Assembly: GCA_964019425.1 (NCBI GenBank)
Contig: OZ025792.1
Location: forward strand, 1 to 64,000
Origin: Flectonema sp. DT1601
Taxonomy: Eukaryota
DNA length: 64,000 bases
Direction: 5' to 3'
Shown piece after piece: positions 10,906 through 22,713 of this stretch. A program made the position numbers and the translations under genes. How positions within the stretch are numbered: the stretch's first letter is position 1; every line of letters starts with the position of its first letter. A model generated the notes under the pieces. That model did no database searches. It was not told where the DNA came from and saw nothing but the letters and a program-made list of their open reading frames with translations.

Positions 10906-12888
10906 TCATCCCTGGACGAGGGCCTGCACAGGGGCAGAGGTGATTCCGCACTGGTCGCTTCCCCTCTCCAAACGGATGTACCCGTTCTCCCCCCAGTTTG
11001 CGTTCCACGAGTTCTTAATCAACCAGTACTTCTGCCCGTTGTCAACACCGTACCCGACAATGAGAACCGCGTGGTCAGGTTGCTTGTTGCAACAGTTGCT
11101 TACGATCCCTCCCGTGTACGGCCACCAGATCTGAGTCATCGCGTCCAAGGCAATCGAAACCGGTCCGTACTTCGCAACCGCCGCAGCCATCGCCTCTTCC
11201 GTTTTGTTCACGTTGTAGTATCCGGTCACCTTCACTTCAGCTGGGCTCCCCGCGTGGCAAGCAGGCACGTTCCCGGTTCCCGAAACGTACGGGTACGACT
11301 CCTCCGTGTCCGCTCCGTTGTCCGCAGTCCACTGGATCGCTTGGTAAGGCCATCCTCCCCCGCAGCCGTCCGATCCCGTGTCGCAGCTCACCAGCTTCTG
11401 CTCCGACAGGCTCTGAAGCTTGTGCCCGGCGATCGCCCACGCAGACTCCGTCACTCCCGTCGTCGAGAAAGACCAACACGAACCGCACTGTCCCTGGTCC
11501 TTCACCGGAGTCACCACTCCCTTCGTCCTCCAGTCCACCGACTCAGGCATGTTGCGGATGTCCTCCTCGGTGATCACTCGCTCCGCAGGCGCGTCTGGAA
11601 GGTCGCCGGTCGTCGGGTGCGCGCAGTCCCTCAGGTGTGTCTCGAACTCAGCCTTCGACCAATCCGCGAGGTTGTTTGGCAGTCCGGTGCTTCCCCGCGA
11701 GTAGAACAGGCTCAAGTGCTTGCGGAAGTTCATGAAACGAATCTGTTCCTCCGCCTTCGACGAGTACGTCTTCTCGTGGTGCTGCATCCACTTCGCGAAC
11801 AGTTCCCGGTGCTCACTCACGTTCCTCGAATTGTCCACCGGCTCCTCGAGGGAGGCAGCGCGGACCGGAAGGAGCTTCGCCGCGCTGGTCTTCGCAGACT
11901 CCAACGAATTTGCCCACAGGGATCCCTCCAACTGCTTCGCCACCGTCACCGAGAACGAAGCCGCTCCCCACTGCATCGCGCAAGTGAACTCTTGTCCGGC
12001 CGCCAGAACGAAGTAGCATCCACCCCTGTTTCCCTGGTCGTTGCGGTTCGATCCCCACGAGCACACGTTCGCTCCCCCGTAGTAGCAGTGGTACGCGTTG
12101 TAGTCCTCGTTCGTGCTCGACGACACAATCGAAATAACCAAATCGTTCGCCCGGTCGTTCGTGTACGCGCAGTTGCACAAGTTCGGCTTCGGGTACGTCA
12201 CGTTCGGGCACCTCATCGGAACAGTCGAAGATTCCAACTGAAGAACATTCTCTTTGAACGAAAACGCCGACGACGATCCATCGAACGAACCGCTCACGGC
12301 AGAGCACTTCAGGTCACCTCCCGCGGGAAGGATGAAGTTGCACGAGTACCCTCCCTGTGCTCCGTTCACAGCGTACGCGCACACCTCCATGTTGCCGTAC
12401 TTGCAGCTGAATTCGTTCACTCCGTTCCCACGTGGCGCCATGCGCTGAGTCACCCAGAGGTCCGCGCTTCCCGTGTTCTTGTAGCTGCAGTCTCCGTTGT
12501 CGCACGAAATGCTCTTCGTGTTGCTGTCCAACAGGGCTCCCTTCAGAGGTGAAACATGGCTTCCGATCACGTTCACCGTTCCCTGCACGTCACAGTTCAT
12601 CTCAGAGCCCGCCGGGAGGACGAAGAAGCAGCTTCCAGAGCTCCCCGTGTCGGAACTCGGGTACGAACGGTAGCACGTCACCGCGTTCCCGACAGTGCAC
12701 GACAGAGACGCCACTCCAGATTGCTGTTCCGCCTGAAAGAAGAGCGTCACAGCCTCATCCACCTGCCCATCGTTGGTGTACGAACAGCTGTTTCCCGTTA
12801 CCGGGCAGTTGATCGAGTTCCAAATCTGCTGCCCGTGTGCCAGCGTCGGCAGAGTCAACAACAAAGACAAAAGACCCGAAGATCTCAT
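10906..12888 (-). CDS. Cathepsin L-like protease, copy 4
   Basis: Same translation as copy 1. Confidence 0.95.
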   Translation of the reverse strand: MRSSGLLSLLLTLPTLAHGQQIWNSINCPVTGNSCSYTNDGQVDEAVTLFFQAEQQSGVASLSCTVGNAVTCYRSYPSSDTGSSGSCFFVLPAGSEMNCDVQGTVNVIGSHVSPLKGALLDSNTKSISCDNGDCSYKNTGSADLWVTQRMAPRGNGVNEFSCKYGNMEVCAYAVNGAQGGYSCNFILPAGGDLKCSAVSGSFDGSSSAFSFKENVLQLESSTVPMRCPNVTYPKPNLCNCAYTNDRANDLVISIVSSSTNEDYNAYHCYYGGANVCSWGSNRNDQGNRGGCYFVLAAGQEFTCAMQWGAASFSVTVAKQLEGSLWANSLESAKTSAAKLLPVRAASLEEPVDNSRNVSEHRELFAKWMQHHEKTYSSKAEEQIRFMNFRKHLSLFYSRGSTGLPNNLADWSKAEFETHLRDCAHPTTGDLPDAPAERVITEEDIRNMPESVDWRTKGVVTPVKDQGQCGSCWSFSTTGVTESAWAIAGHKLQSLSEQKLVSCDTGSDGCGGGWPYQAIQWTADNGADTEESYPYVSGTGNVPACHAGSPAEVKVTGYYNVNKTEEAMAAAVAKYGPVSIALDAMTQIWWPYTGGIVSNCCNKQPDHAVLIVGYGVDNGQKYWLIKNSWNANWGENGYIRLERGSDQCGITSAPVQALVQG

Positions 12889-14111
12889 TTTTTTAATATT
12901 TATTTTTGTGTTCAAATAAAACCTTTTTGATGGAAGTAAAAAATGAGATATGATAAAAGACAGACTTCCGACACCAAAGAAGAGAACCAGAACCAGAACC
13001 AGAACCAGAAAACAGTGCAGGTGTGATCCAAGTCCCCCCCTCCCCTCCCTTGCCATGGTGACTTCGTTATGCCAGTATTCTGTGAAGGGAATAAGATTTG
13101 AACATCGTACAGCCATCTGACACCATAACATTTTATCTAAATAGCAGATAAAAGCAACTAACGGATTGAACACCAGCTTTCGATGTCTTGAAAAGGAAGA
13201 CGCAAAAGGACAAGTCACAAAGGCACTTTGGCGGGGCGGATTGTTTGTTTGATAACCTCCAGTTTGCCGCGTTGCCTAAGGAATTCTTATTTTATATAAT
13301 AGAGAGTGGAAGACGAGAGAGAATTAATTCCTCAACAGGACTGCTAAGAAAGAACAGATTGAATCCGCTTCACAGGATTTGAAAAGTAAAAGTTTAACCA
13401 CTTGCAGAAGACGAATGTGCAATGCAGCAAAAAAGGAACAATGCAACGACTCCTTACAAACAAATAAAACACTCGTGAAAAGAATAAAACATGAAACAGC
13501 CCCCCCCCTCCCAATCACTTTTGACCATGACTAATGATCTCAGAGCAGTTGCAAAAACTCCCAAAAGACTAAAAATGAACAAAAAAGAAATGAATTAATA
13601 TAAAAAAGCTCAATTCTCAATTGATCAAAAGTTAGTACTTGACTTGCGCTGGAAGTAAATGTGCTCGAAATGATTCCCTTTTGGGGGGCCAACCTATAGA
13701 GTCAACAGTTCCACTGCTCGGAACGTAGACACTGATGGCTTTTCCCGAAAACATTCATTCTGAAAAATCGAATGAACTAAAAAAACAAAACAAAACATCG
13801 GTAAAAAGCAACAAAAGAGAGCAATTAGTGAAACAAAATGAAATGAAATAAATAAAACCAAGCGAACACACGTTTACAAAGTAAGTCCCTCGAACAGCAA
13901 AGGAAATATAATACGAAATAATTTTAGCTAGTGTGCAGGGAAACAACGAAGAGTGTGTGCGGAATCCCCTTCAAAAACTAACAACTTGCTTTAAAGTGCA
14001 GGAAAACGTTCCCCCCGCGGGTCTGACCTGCTGCAGACGACATTTGGAGAACGTTAGACCTCATCGTTTGAAAGGAACAGACGATGGAGGTGGTTTCGGT
14101 AGCAGAGTGAC

Positions 14112-16094
14112 TCATCCCTGGACGAGGGCCTGCACAGGGGCAGAGGTGATTCCGCACTGGTCGCTTCCCCTCTCCAAACGGATGTACCCGTTCTCCCCCC
14201 AGTTTGCGTTCCACGAGTTCTTAATCAACCAGTACTTCTGCCCGTTGTCAACACCGTACCCGACAATGAGAACCGCGTGGTCAGGTTGCTTGTTGCAACA
14301 GTTGCTTACGATCCCTCCCGTGTACGGCCACCAGATCTGAGTCATCGCGTCCAAGGCAATCGAAACCGGTCCGTACTTCGCAACCGCCGCAGCCATCGCC
14401 TCTTCCGTTTTGTTCACGTTGTAGTATCCGGTCACCTTCACTTCAGCTGGGCTCCCCGCGTGGCAAGCAGGCACGTTCCCGGTTCCCGAAACGTACGGGT
14501 ACGACTCCTCCGTGTCCGCTCCGTTGTCCGCAGTCCACTGGATCGCTTGGTAAGGCCATCCTCCCCCGCAGCCGTCCGATCCCGTGTCGCAGCTCACCAG
14601 CTTCTGCTCCGACAGGCTCTGAAGCTTGTGCCCGGCGATCGCCCACGCAGACTCCGTCACTCCCGTCGTCGAGAAAGACCAACACGAACCGCACTGTCCC
14701 TGGTCCTTCACCGGAGTCACCACTCCCTTCGTCCTCCAGTCCACCGACTCAGGCATGTTGCGGATGTCCTCCTCGGTGATCACTCGCTCCGCAGGCGCGT
14801 CTGGAAGGTCGCCGGTCGTCGGGTGCGCGCAGTCCCTCAGGTGTGTCTCGAACTCAGCCTTCGACCAATCCGCGAGGTTGTTTGGCAGTCCGGTGCTTCC
14901 CCGCGAGTAGAACAGGCTCAAGTGCTTGCGGAAGTTCATGAAACGAATCTGTTCCTCCGCCTTCGACGAGTACGTCTTCTCGTGGTGCTGCATCCACTTC
15001 GCGAACAGTTCCCGGTGCTCACTCACGTTCCTCGAATTGTCCACCGGCTCCTCGAGGGAGGCAGCGCGGACCGGAAGGAGCTTCGCCGCGCTGGTCTTCG
15101 CAGACTCCAACGAATTTGCCCACAGGGATCCCTCCAACTGCTTCGCCACCGTCACCGAGAACGAAGCCGCTCCCCACTGCATCGCGCAAGTGAACTCTTG
15201 TCCGGCCGCCAGAACGAAGTAGCATCCACCCCTGTTTCCCTGGTCGTTGCGGTTCGATCCCCACGAGCACACGTTCGCTCCCCCGTAGTAGCAGTGGTAC
15301 GCGTTGTAGTCCTCGTTCGTGCTCGACGACACAATCGAAATAACCAAATCGTTCGCCCGGTCGTTCGTGTACGCGCAGTTGCACAAGTTCGGCTTCGGGT
15401 ACGTCACGTTCGGGCACCTCATCGGAACAGTCGAAGATTCCAACTGAAGAACATTCTCTTTGAACGAAAACGCCGACGACGATCCATCGAACGAACCGCT
15501 CACGGCAGAGCACTTCAGGTCACCTCCCGCGGGAAGGATGAAGTTGCACGAGTACCCTCCCTGTGCTCCGTTCACAGCGTACGCGCACACCTCCATGTTG
15601 CCGTACTTGCAGCTGAATTCGTTCACTCCGTTCCCACGTGGCGCCATGCGCTGAGTCACCCAGAGGTCCGCGCTTCCCGTGTTCTTGTAGCTGCAGTCTC
15701 CGTTGTCGCACGAAATGCTCTTCGTGTTGCTGTCCAACAGGGCTCCCTTCAGAGGTGAAACATGGCTTCCGATCACGTTCACCGTTCCCTGCACGTCACA
15801 GTTCATCTCAGAGCCCGCCGGGAGGACGAAGAAGCAGCTTCCAGAGCTCCCCGTGTCGGAACTCGGGTACGAACGGTAGCACGTCACCGCGTTCCCGACA
15901 GTGCACGACAGAGACGCCACTCCAGATTGCTGTTCCGCCTGAAAGAAGAGCGTCACAGCCTCATCCACCTGCCCATCGTTGGTGTACGAACAGCTGTTTC
16001 CCGTTACCGGGCAGTTGATCGAGTTCCAAATCTGCTGCCCGTGTGCCAGCGTCGGCAGAGTCAACAACAAAGACAAAAGACCCGAAGATCTCAT
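14112..16094 (-). CDS. Cathepsin L-like protease, copy 5 (first in transcription order)
   Basis: Same translation as copy 1; sequence is unique upstream of 16195. Confidence 0.95.
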   Translation of the reverse strand: MRSSGLLSLLLTLPTLAHGQQIWNSINCPVTGNSCSYTNDGQVDEAVTLFFQAEQQSGVASLSCTVGNAVTCYRSYPSSDTGSSGSCFFVLPAGSEMNCDVQGTVNVIGSHVSPLKGALLDSNTKSISCDNGDCSYKNTGSADLWVTQRMAPRGNGVNEFSCKYGNMEVCAYAVNGAQGGYSCNFILPAGGDLKCSAVSGSFDGSSSAFSFKENVLQLESSTVPMRCPNVTYPKPNLCNCAYTNDRANDLVISIVSSSTNEDYNAYHCYYGGANVCSWGSNRNDQGNRGGCYFVLAAGQEFTCAMQWGAASFSVTVAKQLEGSLWANSLESAKTSAAKLLPVRAASLEEPVDNSRNVSEHRELFAKWMQHHEKTYSSKAEEQIRFMNFRKHLSLFYSRGSTGLPNNLADWSKAEFETHLRDCAHPTTGDLPDAPAERVITEEDIRNMPESVDWRTKGVVTPVKDQGQCGSCWSFSTTGVTESAWAIAGHKLQSLSEQKLVSCDTGSDGCGGGWPYQAIQWTADNGADTEESYPYVSGTGNVPACHAGSPAEVKVTGYYNVNKTEEAMAAAVAKYGPVSIALDAMTQIWWPYTGGIVSNCCNKQPDHAVLIVGYGVDNGQKYWLIKNSWNANWGENGYIRLERGSDQCGITSAPVQALVQG

Positions 16095-16588
16095 TTTTTT
16101 AATATTTATTTTTGTGTTCAAATAAAACCTTTTTGATGGAAGTAAAAAATGAGATATGATAAAAGACAGACTTCCGACACCAAAGAAGAGAACCAAAAAC
16201 TGAATACTACTGCAGATACTACAAATTCCAACACATATCATATTAAGAAATTGTATTGTACTTAAACTTAATTGCTGCTCAAAAAGAATATGTTTTATAG
16301 ATAACACCTCAAATGCTTTAAACCAAAACAGAACAGAAGTCAAGGGGTGGGCTGTAGAATCTATTTGGACACCAAACTCTCTACTGTTTCGAAGTAGGAA
16401 ACACGAGTTGGTTGCTGTAGTCACGAGTGGCCTTACAAAGCCATAATAAAAACTTTGAATACGAATATTTGAATAGTTCCAGTGGAGCAGATAACAGCGA
16501 GTGAAAACATCAAAAGATGCAGAACAAGGTCAGTCTAATTGTGAAAGATGAGAATACACGTCAGCACTGTTAGGAAGTAATAAAATAA

Positions 16589-18640
16589 TTAAAAGTAAAT
16601 CGAATGATTTCTTGATCTCCAAACTGGTAATCCAATAGAATCAGTTACTAAATGTTGTTGAGGTGTTGGAGCTGCTGATTTCTTAACCAGCCACGGATCT
16701 GTTGATTGAATGGCGCAGTTCCAACGAACTTCAACTTCGCCAGTGCTGTGAGTGTGGAAACCAAACTTATTAATAAAAGGACGATTGAACCCGTCAGGGA
16801 TAGCAACGAAAGTTGGATCTTCGAGTATTGACGACATTCCAAGAAAGTATTCGCGAAGATTCTCCCTGACAGAGTGTATTGGTTTCCAACATTTAACAAT
16901 ACTCCGACATGAACCAGGTGAAGGTGGTAAATCAATAAAACCATATCCTTCTAATTGGGTTTCATCTCCACGTTCACTGTGGACTTCGAGTAGCATTCGA
17001 GGATGATTCTGACCTACTTGTGCTACGCAGTGAAGTTCAAATGGCATGCTGAAGGCAAAGAACGTATCTTTCACTCCGTCTGAGTTTTTAACCCTCACCA
17101 CCTGAGATGTTTGTGTGAAGCAAACTAATTTCTGTTCTGTTTGTGTGAAATGATTAGAAGTGGTGTCGACCTTCCAATCAGACTTTGGAATGACCAACTC
17201 AAATCTGATGAAGAGATTCGGAGACTGAAACCCTCTCGCTGTCATTATATCACCAAAGTAATGAATACGAGATTCACTAACAGGGATGGCACTAAAAAGT
17301 CCGGCCGCCTGCCCGGGGGCGTCCTTCTTAGCGGTTTGCATTTGACGGTAGTGAGCGAGAATTACCTTCTGGAGCATGTCTCGGCGTTCTTCTTCTATGT
17401 TTGCGGTCGCTGTTTCAGTATTGACAGTTGACGTGGCGTCACTTTCAGTGTCTTCTTTGCTGCTGTCAGCAGCTTCTCCGCTCTCTTTGACAACAGCCAC
17501 AGTGTAGTGGTACTGATACCAATCTCTACCTCCAGAAGAAAGTACTTTCAAAGGATACTTTGCGATGTATTCATTAACTGACTTCTCTTCAAGTGCATCA
17601 CCTCGTCGTCGCTGCGGGATGACTGCACCGAGTTCACTTAGAGGGGGCTGCATTGTGAATGCGTTCTTAGAAATCGCTCGAATATGTGAAAGAACCGCAT
17701 TTCTTGTTGCAACCCACGTGAGTTGTCCGGATGGCAATCTTTTTATTTCACCGAAAGCTGCGATAATCCACATCTCTGAGCCTTCTTCGCGATTGGGTGT
17801 GTTGAGTTCTTCTTCGTCCGGGAGTAACTTTGCACCCACAATAGTGCTGTTTGGCTCAAAAGGAACTACTGGGCCGTAGTCAGTTACTGGTGAGGGATCG
17901 TGAACTCGCTTCTTCAGGTTCTCCGCCGTACTCGGGTCGTATGGCTGTTCGCTTGTAGTAACTGACTGTGTGAGTAAGTAGTCAAGTTTCTCTTTCTCAT
18001 CATTTGTATAAGTGCAGATTAAGGTGCTGGAAATGAAGTGCATGAAATTATCTTCCTGAGTTGGTGGATTGTTGTAATGCGAAAGTTCATTAGCAGGAAT
18101 TCGATAAGTTGTGAGGTAACGAATGAGTTCTTGTTTTACAGAGTCTGAGTCTTCCCTTTTCATGATATCTAAATAATCCTGTGGGTGACTTATCTTCTGC
18201 TGCCATCTCACAGTTAGGACGCGCTCGTCTGCGCCAGCTGTTATGTTCTGTGATGAGAACGTCAGTCGTATTTCTGTCGTCGATTGGTCGATCTCTTCGA
18301 ACTGTTCGGTGGTTTCGATGCTTAAATTATTTGCCTTCACAAGGTAGCAACCCTTAAATCGAGCTAAGTTCGGACTATCAGCTCCTTCAACCCGAACGCC
18401 TCCTTCCAAATCGATGAGGTGCAGTCCGCAGCTCTCGGATTCGGTGGAGGTGTTTACAACAACTTCCTGCCTCGCTAATGATTTCCCTTTCAGACCTGCT
18501 TCTGAGACTGCGATCTGAATTGACAAACTTCGCAGCTCATCTCTTAATGTGTACATCACTCTAGGCCACTTACAGTCATCATCCATCGGAGTGAATTCTG
18601 CACCCCTCTTCCACTGCGCGTACCCCGCGTGGTCTTCCAT
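16589..18640 (-). CDS. MKS1: MKS1-like ciliary transition-zone B9/C2-domain protein
   Basis: C-terminal B9 domain motifs GDIMTARGF..NLFIRF, FSMPFEL, EGYGFIDLP.SPG, CWKP, LREYFLG, NKFGFHTHSTGEVEVR; the long N-terminal region with WQQK is typical of MKS1 rather than B9D1/B9D2. Confidence 0.85.
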   Translation of the reverse strand: MEDHAGYAQWKRGAEFTPMDDDCKWPRVMYTLRDELRSLSIQIAVSEAGLKGKSLARQEVVVNTSTESESCGLHLIDLEGGVRVEGADSPNLARFKGCYLVKANNLSIETTEQFEEIDQSTTEIRLTFSSQNITAGADERVLTVRWQQKISHPQDYLDIMKREDSDSVKQELIRYLTTYRIPANELSHYNNPPTQEDNFMHFISSTLICTYTNDEKEKLDYLLTQSVTTSEQPYDPSTAENLKKRVHDPSPVTDYGPVVPFEPNSTIVGAKLLPDEEELNTPNREEGSEMWIIAAFGEIKRLPSGQLTWVATRNAVLSHIRAISKNAFTMQPPLSELGAVIPQRRRGDALEEKSVNEYIAKYPLKVLSSGGRDWYQYHYTVAVVKESGEAADSSKEDTESDATSTVNTETATANIEEERRDMLQKVILAHYRQMQTAKKDAPGQAAGLFSAIPVSESRIHYFGDIMTARGFQSPNLFIRFELVIPKSDWKVDTTSNHFTQTEQKLVCFTQTSQVVRVKNSDGVKDTFFAFSMPFELHCVAQVGQNHPRMLLEVHSERGDETQLEGYGFIDLPPSPGSCRSIVKCWKPIHSVRENLREYFLGMSSILEDPTFVAIPDGFNRPFINKFGFHTHSTGEVEVRWNCAIQSTDPWLVKKSAAPTPQQHLVTDSIGLPVWRSRNHSIYF

Positions 18641-19161
18641 GTTAGTGAGGCTGAGTCACTACTCTTTTATACTTCTGATATTAAGAATGAATAGTTGTCA
18701 ACATTAGAACCTTACCCTCACATTATATAACATAGTACCTCCTCCTCCTCCTCCTCATCATCATCATCAGTTCCTGTTGTGGAGTAAATAATTTAGATAT
18801 CGGAAAGTCTTATCCAACAAGTAGGCGAAATAATAAAATTACAAAAGGAAGTAAAATATCTTCGGAGTGTAATCAATTCGTCTTTAAAACAATTTGTTTG
18901 TTTTGTAGACGTCAGAAAGCAACCAGCTGCCAGGTCGAAAGCGAAAACGAACTTCCGACTACGATCAACAGTAAATCTAAAACCGCAAAACACCAAAGTG
19001 CTCTCTGTAAAGAAAGCCGGTTGGTGATACATCACAGGCGAGGCAAACAGTACCAAAGGCAAAGAAAATCCAAAAAAAGAAGAAAAAAAAATTCTGTAAA
19101 GAAAGCATCAGCAGTGGCACGTGTCGAGAGAAAAAGACAACAAGTGAGATTCATAATTAAA

Positions 19162-20775
19162 TTAAATATTTTTATTACCGTCGAGATTGTTAAGTAAGTC
19201 AGCAGCAATTCGATGTTCGATTCCATTAATCGCTCTGGTGATCATTTCGTTCAGATCATCCGAAGCGATGAGACATCTAATCGAAGGGCGAACAGGAGGA
19301 ACACAATTTTGAGAATCCGATGCTACGGAGACGAGTTTTTCAGAATACGGAAGAGCAGCCATAATCTGAGTGTGGATTTGATTCATTTGAATTCTGTGAG
19401 CAACTTGTCGGTGGAAGTCTTTCAGATGAACTTTCCAATCCTCAAAATTTTTAATAAACTCCTTACGATGCTGTCGAAGCCGTTCTTCAAGCAGCGGTAT
19501 TAATGTTTCCTCGGGAACATCTGGTGTTTCCCTTCGAAGTTTAATTAAAGCAATGTAGTCTGACTGGTCAAGCTTCTTACGGCGATCCTTCACTCCACGT
19601 TGAATACCTTGTGGGGTTAGTAGTAGATCGCAGTTCTTAACTCCGTACCTCATCGCTATTTGGTCAGCCTGGTGTTTGCGTGTGCTTGCGAGATTCTTAC
19701 GAATATTTGTCTCGTAATACTTCCACTGCTTGACAACAAGATGCCTTCTCAACTTCTTAAATAACAAGAATTCCCTGACCATGTGTTGTGCCTTCCGTAC
19801 AGATCTCAGGAATTCAGTAACAGCTCGCGTTATGATAGTCGCTCTCTTGTAGTCATCAATAAATCTACTGACGAGTGTGGTTGCGCTGTTTCTGACTTCT
19901 GGTTGTACATTTTGCTTGTACCACTTTGTAACAACGAAGAATATGGTCGCGGCGGCAGACGCTTCCCTAGGCGACCACCCGGCTGAGATTTGCTTCTTCA
20001 TGAGTCTGCGTTGATCTGCCTGTTCCTTAACAGAAATCAATAAATTAACATAATCGTTGACTCGAGCACTCTCTCCTTGTTCGTAAACCTCCCCCTGAGT
20101 AGCTGATGACTGCAAAAGATCACTCCCCTGATGGTGGTGGTGATGTTTGCTGACTCGTCTCTTTTGTTGAGTTCTTTTCTTACGGCTGCTGTCAACAGCC
20201 GTCGATTGCTGCTGACCGATCGTCATAATTTCTCCGAAGACCCGCCGAGTCATTAAAAAACAAATAACCCCCATCCACATATCAGATCTACTACTGGCTC
20301 TTTCTCGCATGTGTAATACTCTCGTTGAAGAAGACGTTTCATGTAACTTTGAGAGTTTTTCGTACAACTCGTCTCGTTTTTCGAGTACTTTTACTCTTTT
20401 TAATGAAGCCTGCTGACTACGCTCTGCGATTGCTTCGGGTAAGAAAGGATTCGAAGATTCGATGAAAGGTTTTCGCGACAGTTTTTGTTTTCGCTCTTCT
20501 ATCAACCAGCGACATCGCTTGTCGTGTTCGTCACGAAGTTCGGAGTTTGCCAAGCAGGCCTCAATTCTTAGTTTGATAGCTTTTTTTATCGTTTGAGAAA
20601 TTCGAGATGGTGGAACATTTCTAAGTGGGGGCAATGTCGGTGTGTTTATTAGTCCCTCGTGTCTTTGTCTTTGTTGCTGTTGTTGTTGTTGTTGTTGCTG
20701 TTGCTGTAAGCGAAGCATTGGTAACATCCCTCTTGCTCTGTTTGAGAGGCCCTGACGTGCCGCATCGATGTCCAT
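19162..20775 (-). CDS. Hypothetical basic helical protein with polyQ and IQ-like motifs
   Basis: 537-aa ATG ORF with a polyQ tract; the segment ATTLVSRF..TRAV..RKAQHMVR..WKYYE resembles 50873..52198. Confidence 0.75.
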   Translation of the reverse strand: MDIDAARQGLSNRARGMLPMLRLQQQQQQQQQQQQRQRHEGLINTPTLPPLRNVPPSRISQTIKKAIKLRIEACLANSELRDEHDKRCRWLIEERKQKLSRKPFIESSNPFLPEAIAERSQQASLKRVKVLEKRDELYEKLSKLHETSSSTRVLHMRERASSRSDMWMGVICFLMTRRVFGEIMTIGQQQSTAVDSSRKKRTQQKRRVSKHHHHHQGSDLLQSSATQGEVYEQGESARVNDYVNLLISVKEQADQRRLMKKQISAGWSPREASAAATIFFVVTKWYKQNVQPEVRNSATTLVSRFIDDYKRATIITRAVTEFLRSVRKAQHMVREFLLFKKLRRHLVVKQWKYYETNIRKNLASTRKHQADQIAMRYGVKNCDLLLTPQGIQRGVKDRRKKLDQSDYIALIKLRRETPDVPEETLIPLLEERLRQHRKEFIKNFEDWKVHLKDFHRQVAHRIQMNQIHTQIMAALPYSEKLVSVASDSQNCVPPVRPSIRCLIASDDLNEMITRAINGIEHRIAADLLNNLDGNKNI

Positions 20776-22018
20776 TTTCTCATGTGACTAGTATACCTGC
20801 AGAGAATGATTTCTTTCATTATTAAGAAATTGTTTATCAAATCCCTTCACCTAACAATCATGTGATGTGTGACGCAATCTGTATCAACAATAACAAAGTA
20901 CTTTACCATACTACCGACCACAATAATCACTTGGGAATAATGTTTTAAAGCGGGTAGGTATTCCCTTTTAGTTTTTTTGTTTTAAAAATTAAAATGTTTT
21001 TTTTTTTTTTTTTTTTTTTTTGTACTCCTCCTTTAATAATTTCTTTTACCTTTTTTTTTTTCTCTTTTTTTTTTCCGCAACTCTGTTGTATTTCAAAGCA
21101 ACTTGAAATCCTAAATAGCTTTTTAAGTTTTCCTTAAGTGCAGCTAACAACGCATAAGTGCACGTAACACTCACCGCGGTAAGACACCGACTTGGGAATC
21201 TTTTTTTGCATTGGCTCTCTTCTCTTCTTTTTCATCTTATTATTGTTTTTTTTTCTTTTCTTCTTCCTTCCATAAACCTTAGATTTCCTCTTTTACACAA
21301 AAACTTCATAATATTATGCTGTATCGTTCTCCCCGATTGTTCTTCTGGTTTTTTTTTTTATATCGTTTTTTTTTTTTTTTTTCCATATTGTCTAAGGGGG
21401 GGGTACTGTTTGTTATATATCAATTTGAATTTTTTTTTTCTTCTTTTTTTTTTTTTTTTTAAAAAAAAGGAAACGTAATTTACTATTTTCCAACTCAAGA
21501 GGGGAACGTCAATGAGTTCTTACTCTCGAAAGCAAAACGTGTGACAATCTTCTCTCTAATAGTTAGCTAAAAATGTAAGTTACTATCTACGACATAATTA
21601 ACGAACACCTTGTTCTTCGAGATCGTGACCGCGGCTTTTAAAAGAAAAAGAAAAAAATATTTGGAAGAAAAGAAAAAAGGAAAAAAAAAAAAGTTAAGGT
21701 CAACAACGAAAAAAAAAAAAAGAAAATAAAAATAAGGGTGTAGGCTTCTCATCTTGTTTTTTTTTTGTCACGGGAAAGAGGCCAGTAGGCCGCGTTTGCA
21801 TTTTATTGCACAACAGTTACTAAAAATAAATAGAAGTTGATTTTTTATTATTAACACTTGGCTTGCCGTGCTTGTTTGATAGATCACATTGATCAACCAA
21901 CGGCGTTTTTATCGCAAATCATGGTGTACAGAGCAAGTCAAAAATCAACGAGCAAAATAAAAAAAAAATAAAAAACACACAAACAGGGGATGGTGTGTCA
22001 GAGGAAGGGATGACTATC

Positions 22019-22059
<41 letters not shown>

Positions 22060-22713
22060 CTTCATTTTTTTTTTTTTTTTTTTGGAATGTTTGCGACTCA
22101 ATATTCTGACGACTTTCCCGTTCTTTACGCTTTATTAGTATTTATACGCTTTATTAGTATTTTTAAAAAGACAAGGCGTGTATGAAGAGCACTATTTCTT
22201 GAAGCTTGAAAAATAACAAACATCAGTTAGATACCACTGGGTATCTTTCTTCATGGAGAACATGAATTTAAATAGTGTCAACGCAAGACAAGGAAGCGAT
22301 CGATCGTTTCACAACTTTGTCACACTGTCCCTAGTTGATTACTCAGGTTTGTTTCAACAAGGGGGTTAAGGGTCTGGCTTCAGTTATTCCAAAGGCCAAA
22401 ATTGAAAAAAAATTATCACGCTACTGTACACTTTATTTACCTTTTTTTTTTTTTTTTTTTCCCTCCATTTTTTTTTTTTTTACTTCTGCTTTTTTTTATT
22501 TCATATTTTATTCTCCCCCTCCCTATTTTTTTGTTTAGTTTTTGTTTTTTTTTTATATTTTTTTTATTTTTTTTTTTTTAATTTTTAATTTTTTTTTTTT
22601 TTTTTTTTCCTTCTTGTTTTAAATTTAGTTTATTTCCTTTATATGAAACCTTTAGTTCTTTAGTTTTCCTTATTTCCTATCGTTAGGCACTTATCTGTAG
22701 TATTCATATTTCA

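Larger units (their letters stand above)
1..16195 (-). repeat. Tandem array of ~3.2 kb units (protease gene + ~1.2 kb spacer), continuing beyond the window start
   Basis: The same start codon recurs at 71, 3276, 6482, 9682, 12888 and 16094 (periods 3205, 3206, 3200, 3206, 3206). The translated ORFs are identical from MRSSG onward. Identity ends at 16195, within the first AGAACC unit. Confidence 0.98.

Noticed and set aside
16195..16424. Copy 5 also gives a 770-aa ORF despite unique upstream sequence
   Set aside because: GTG start and unrelated sequence; best explained as coincidence.
20800..22700. Short F/K-rich ORFs
   Set aside because: Translations of poly(T)/poly(A) tracts in UTR or intergenic DNA.
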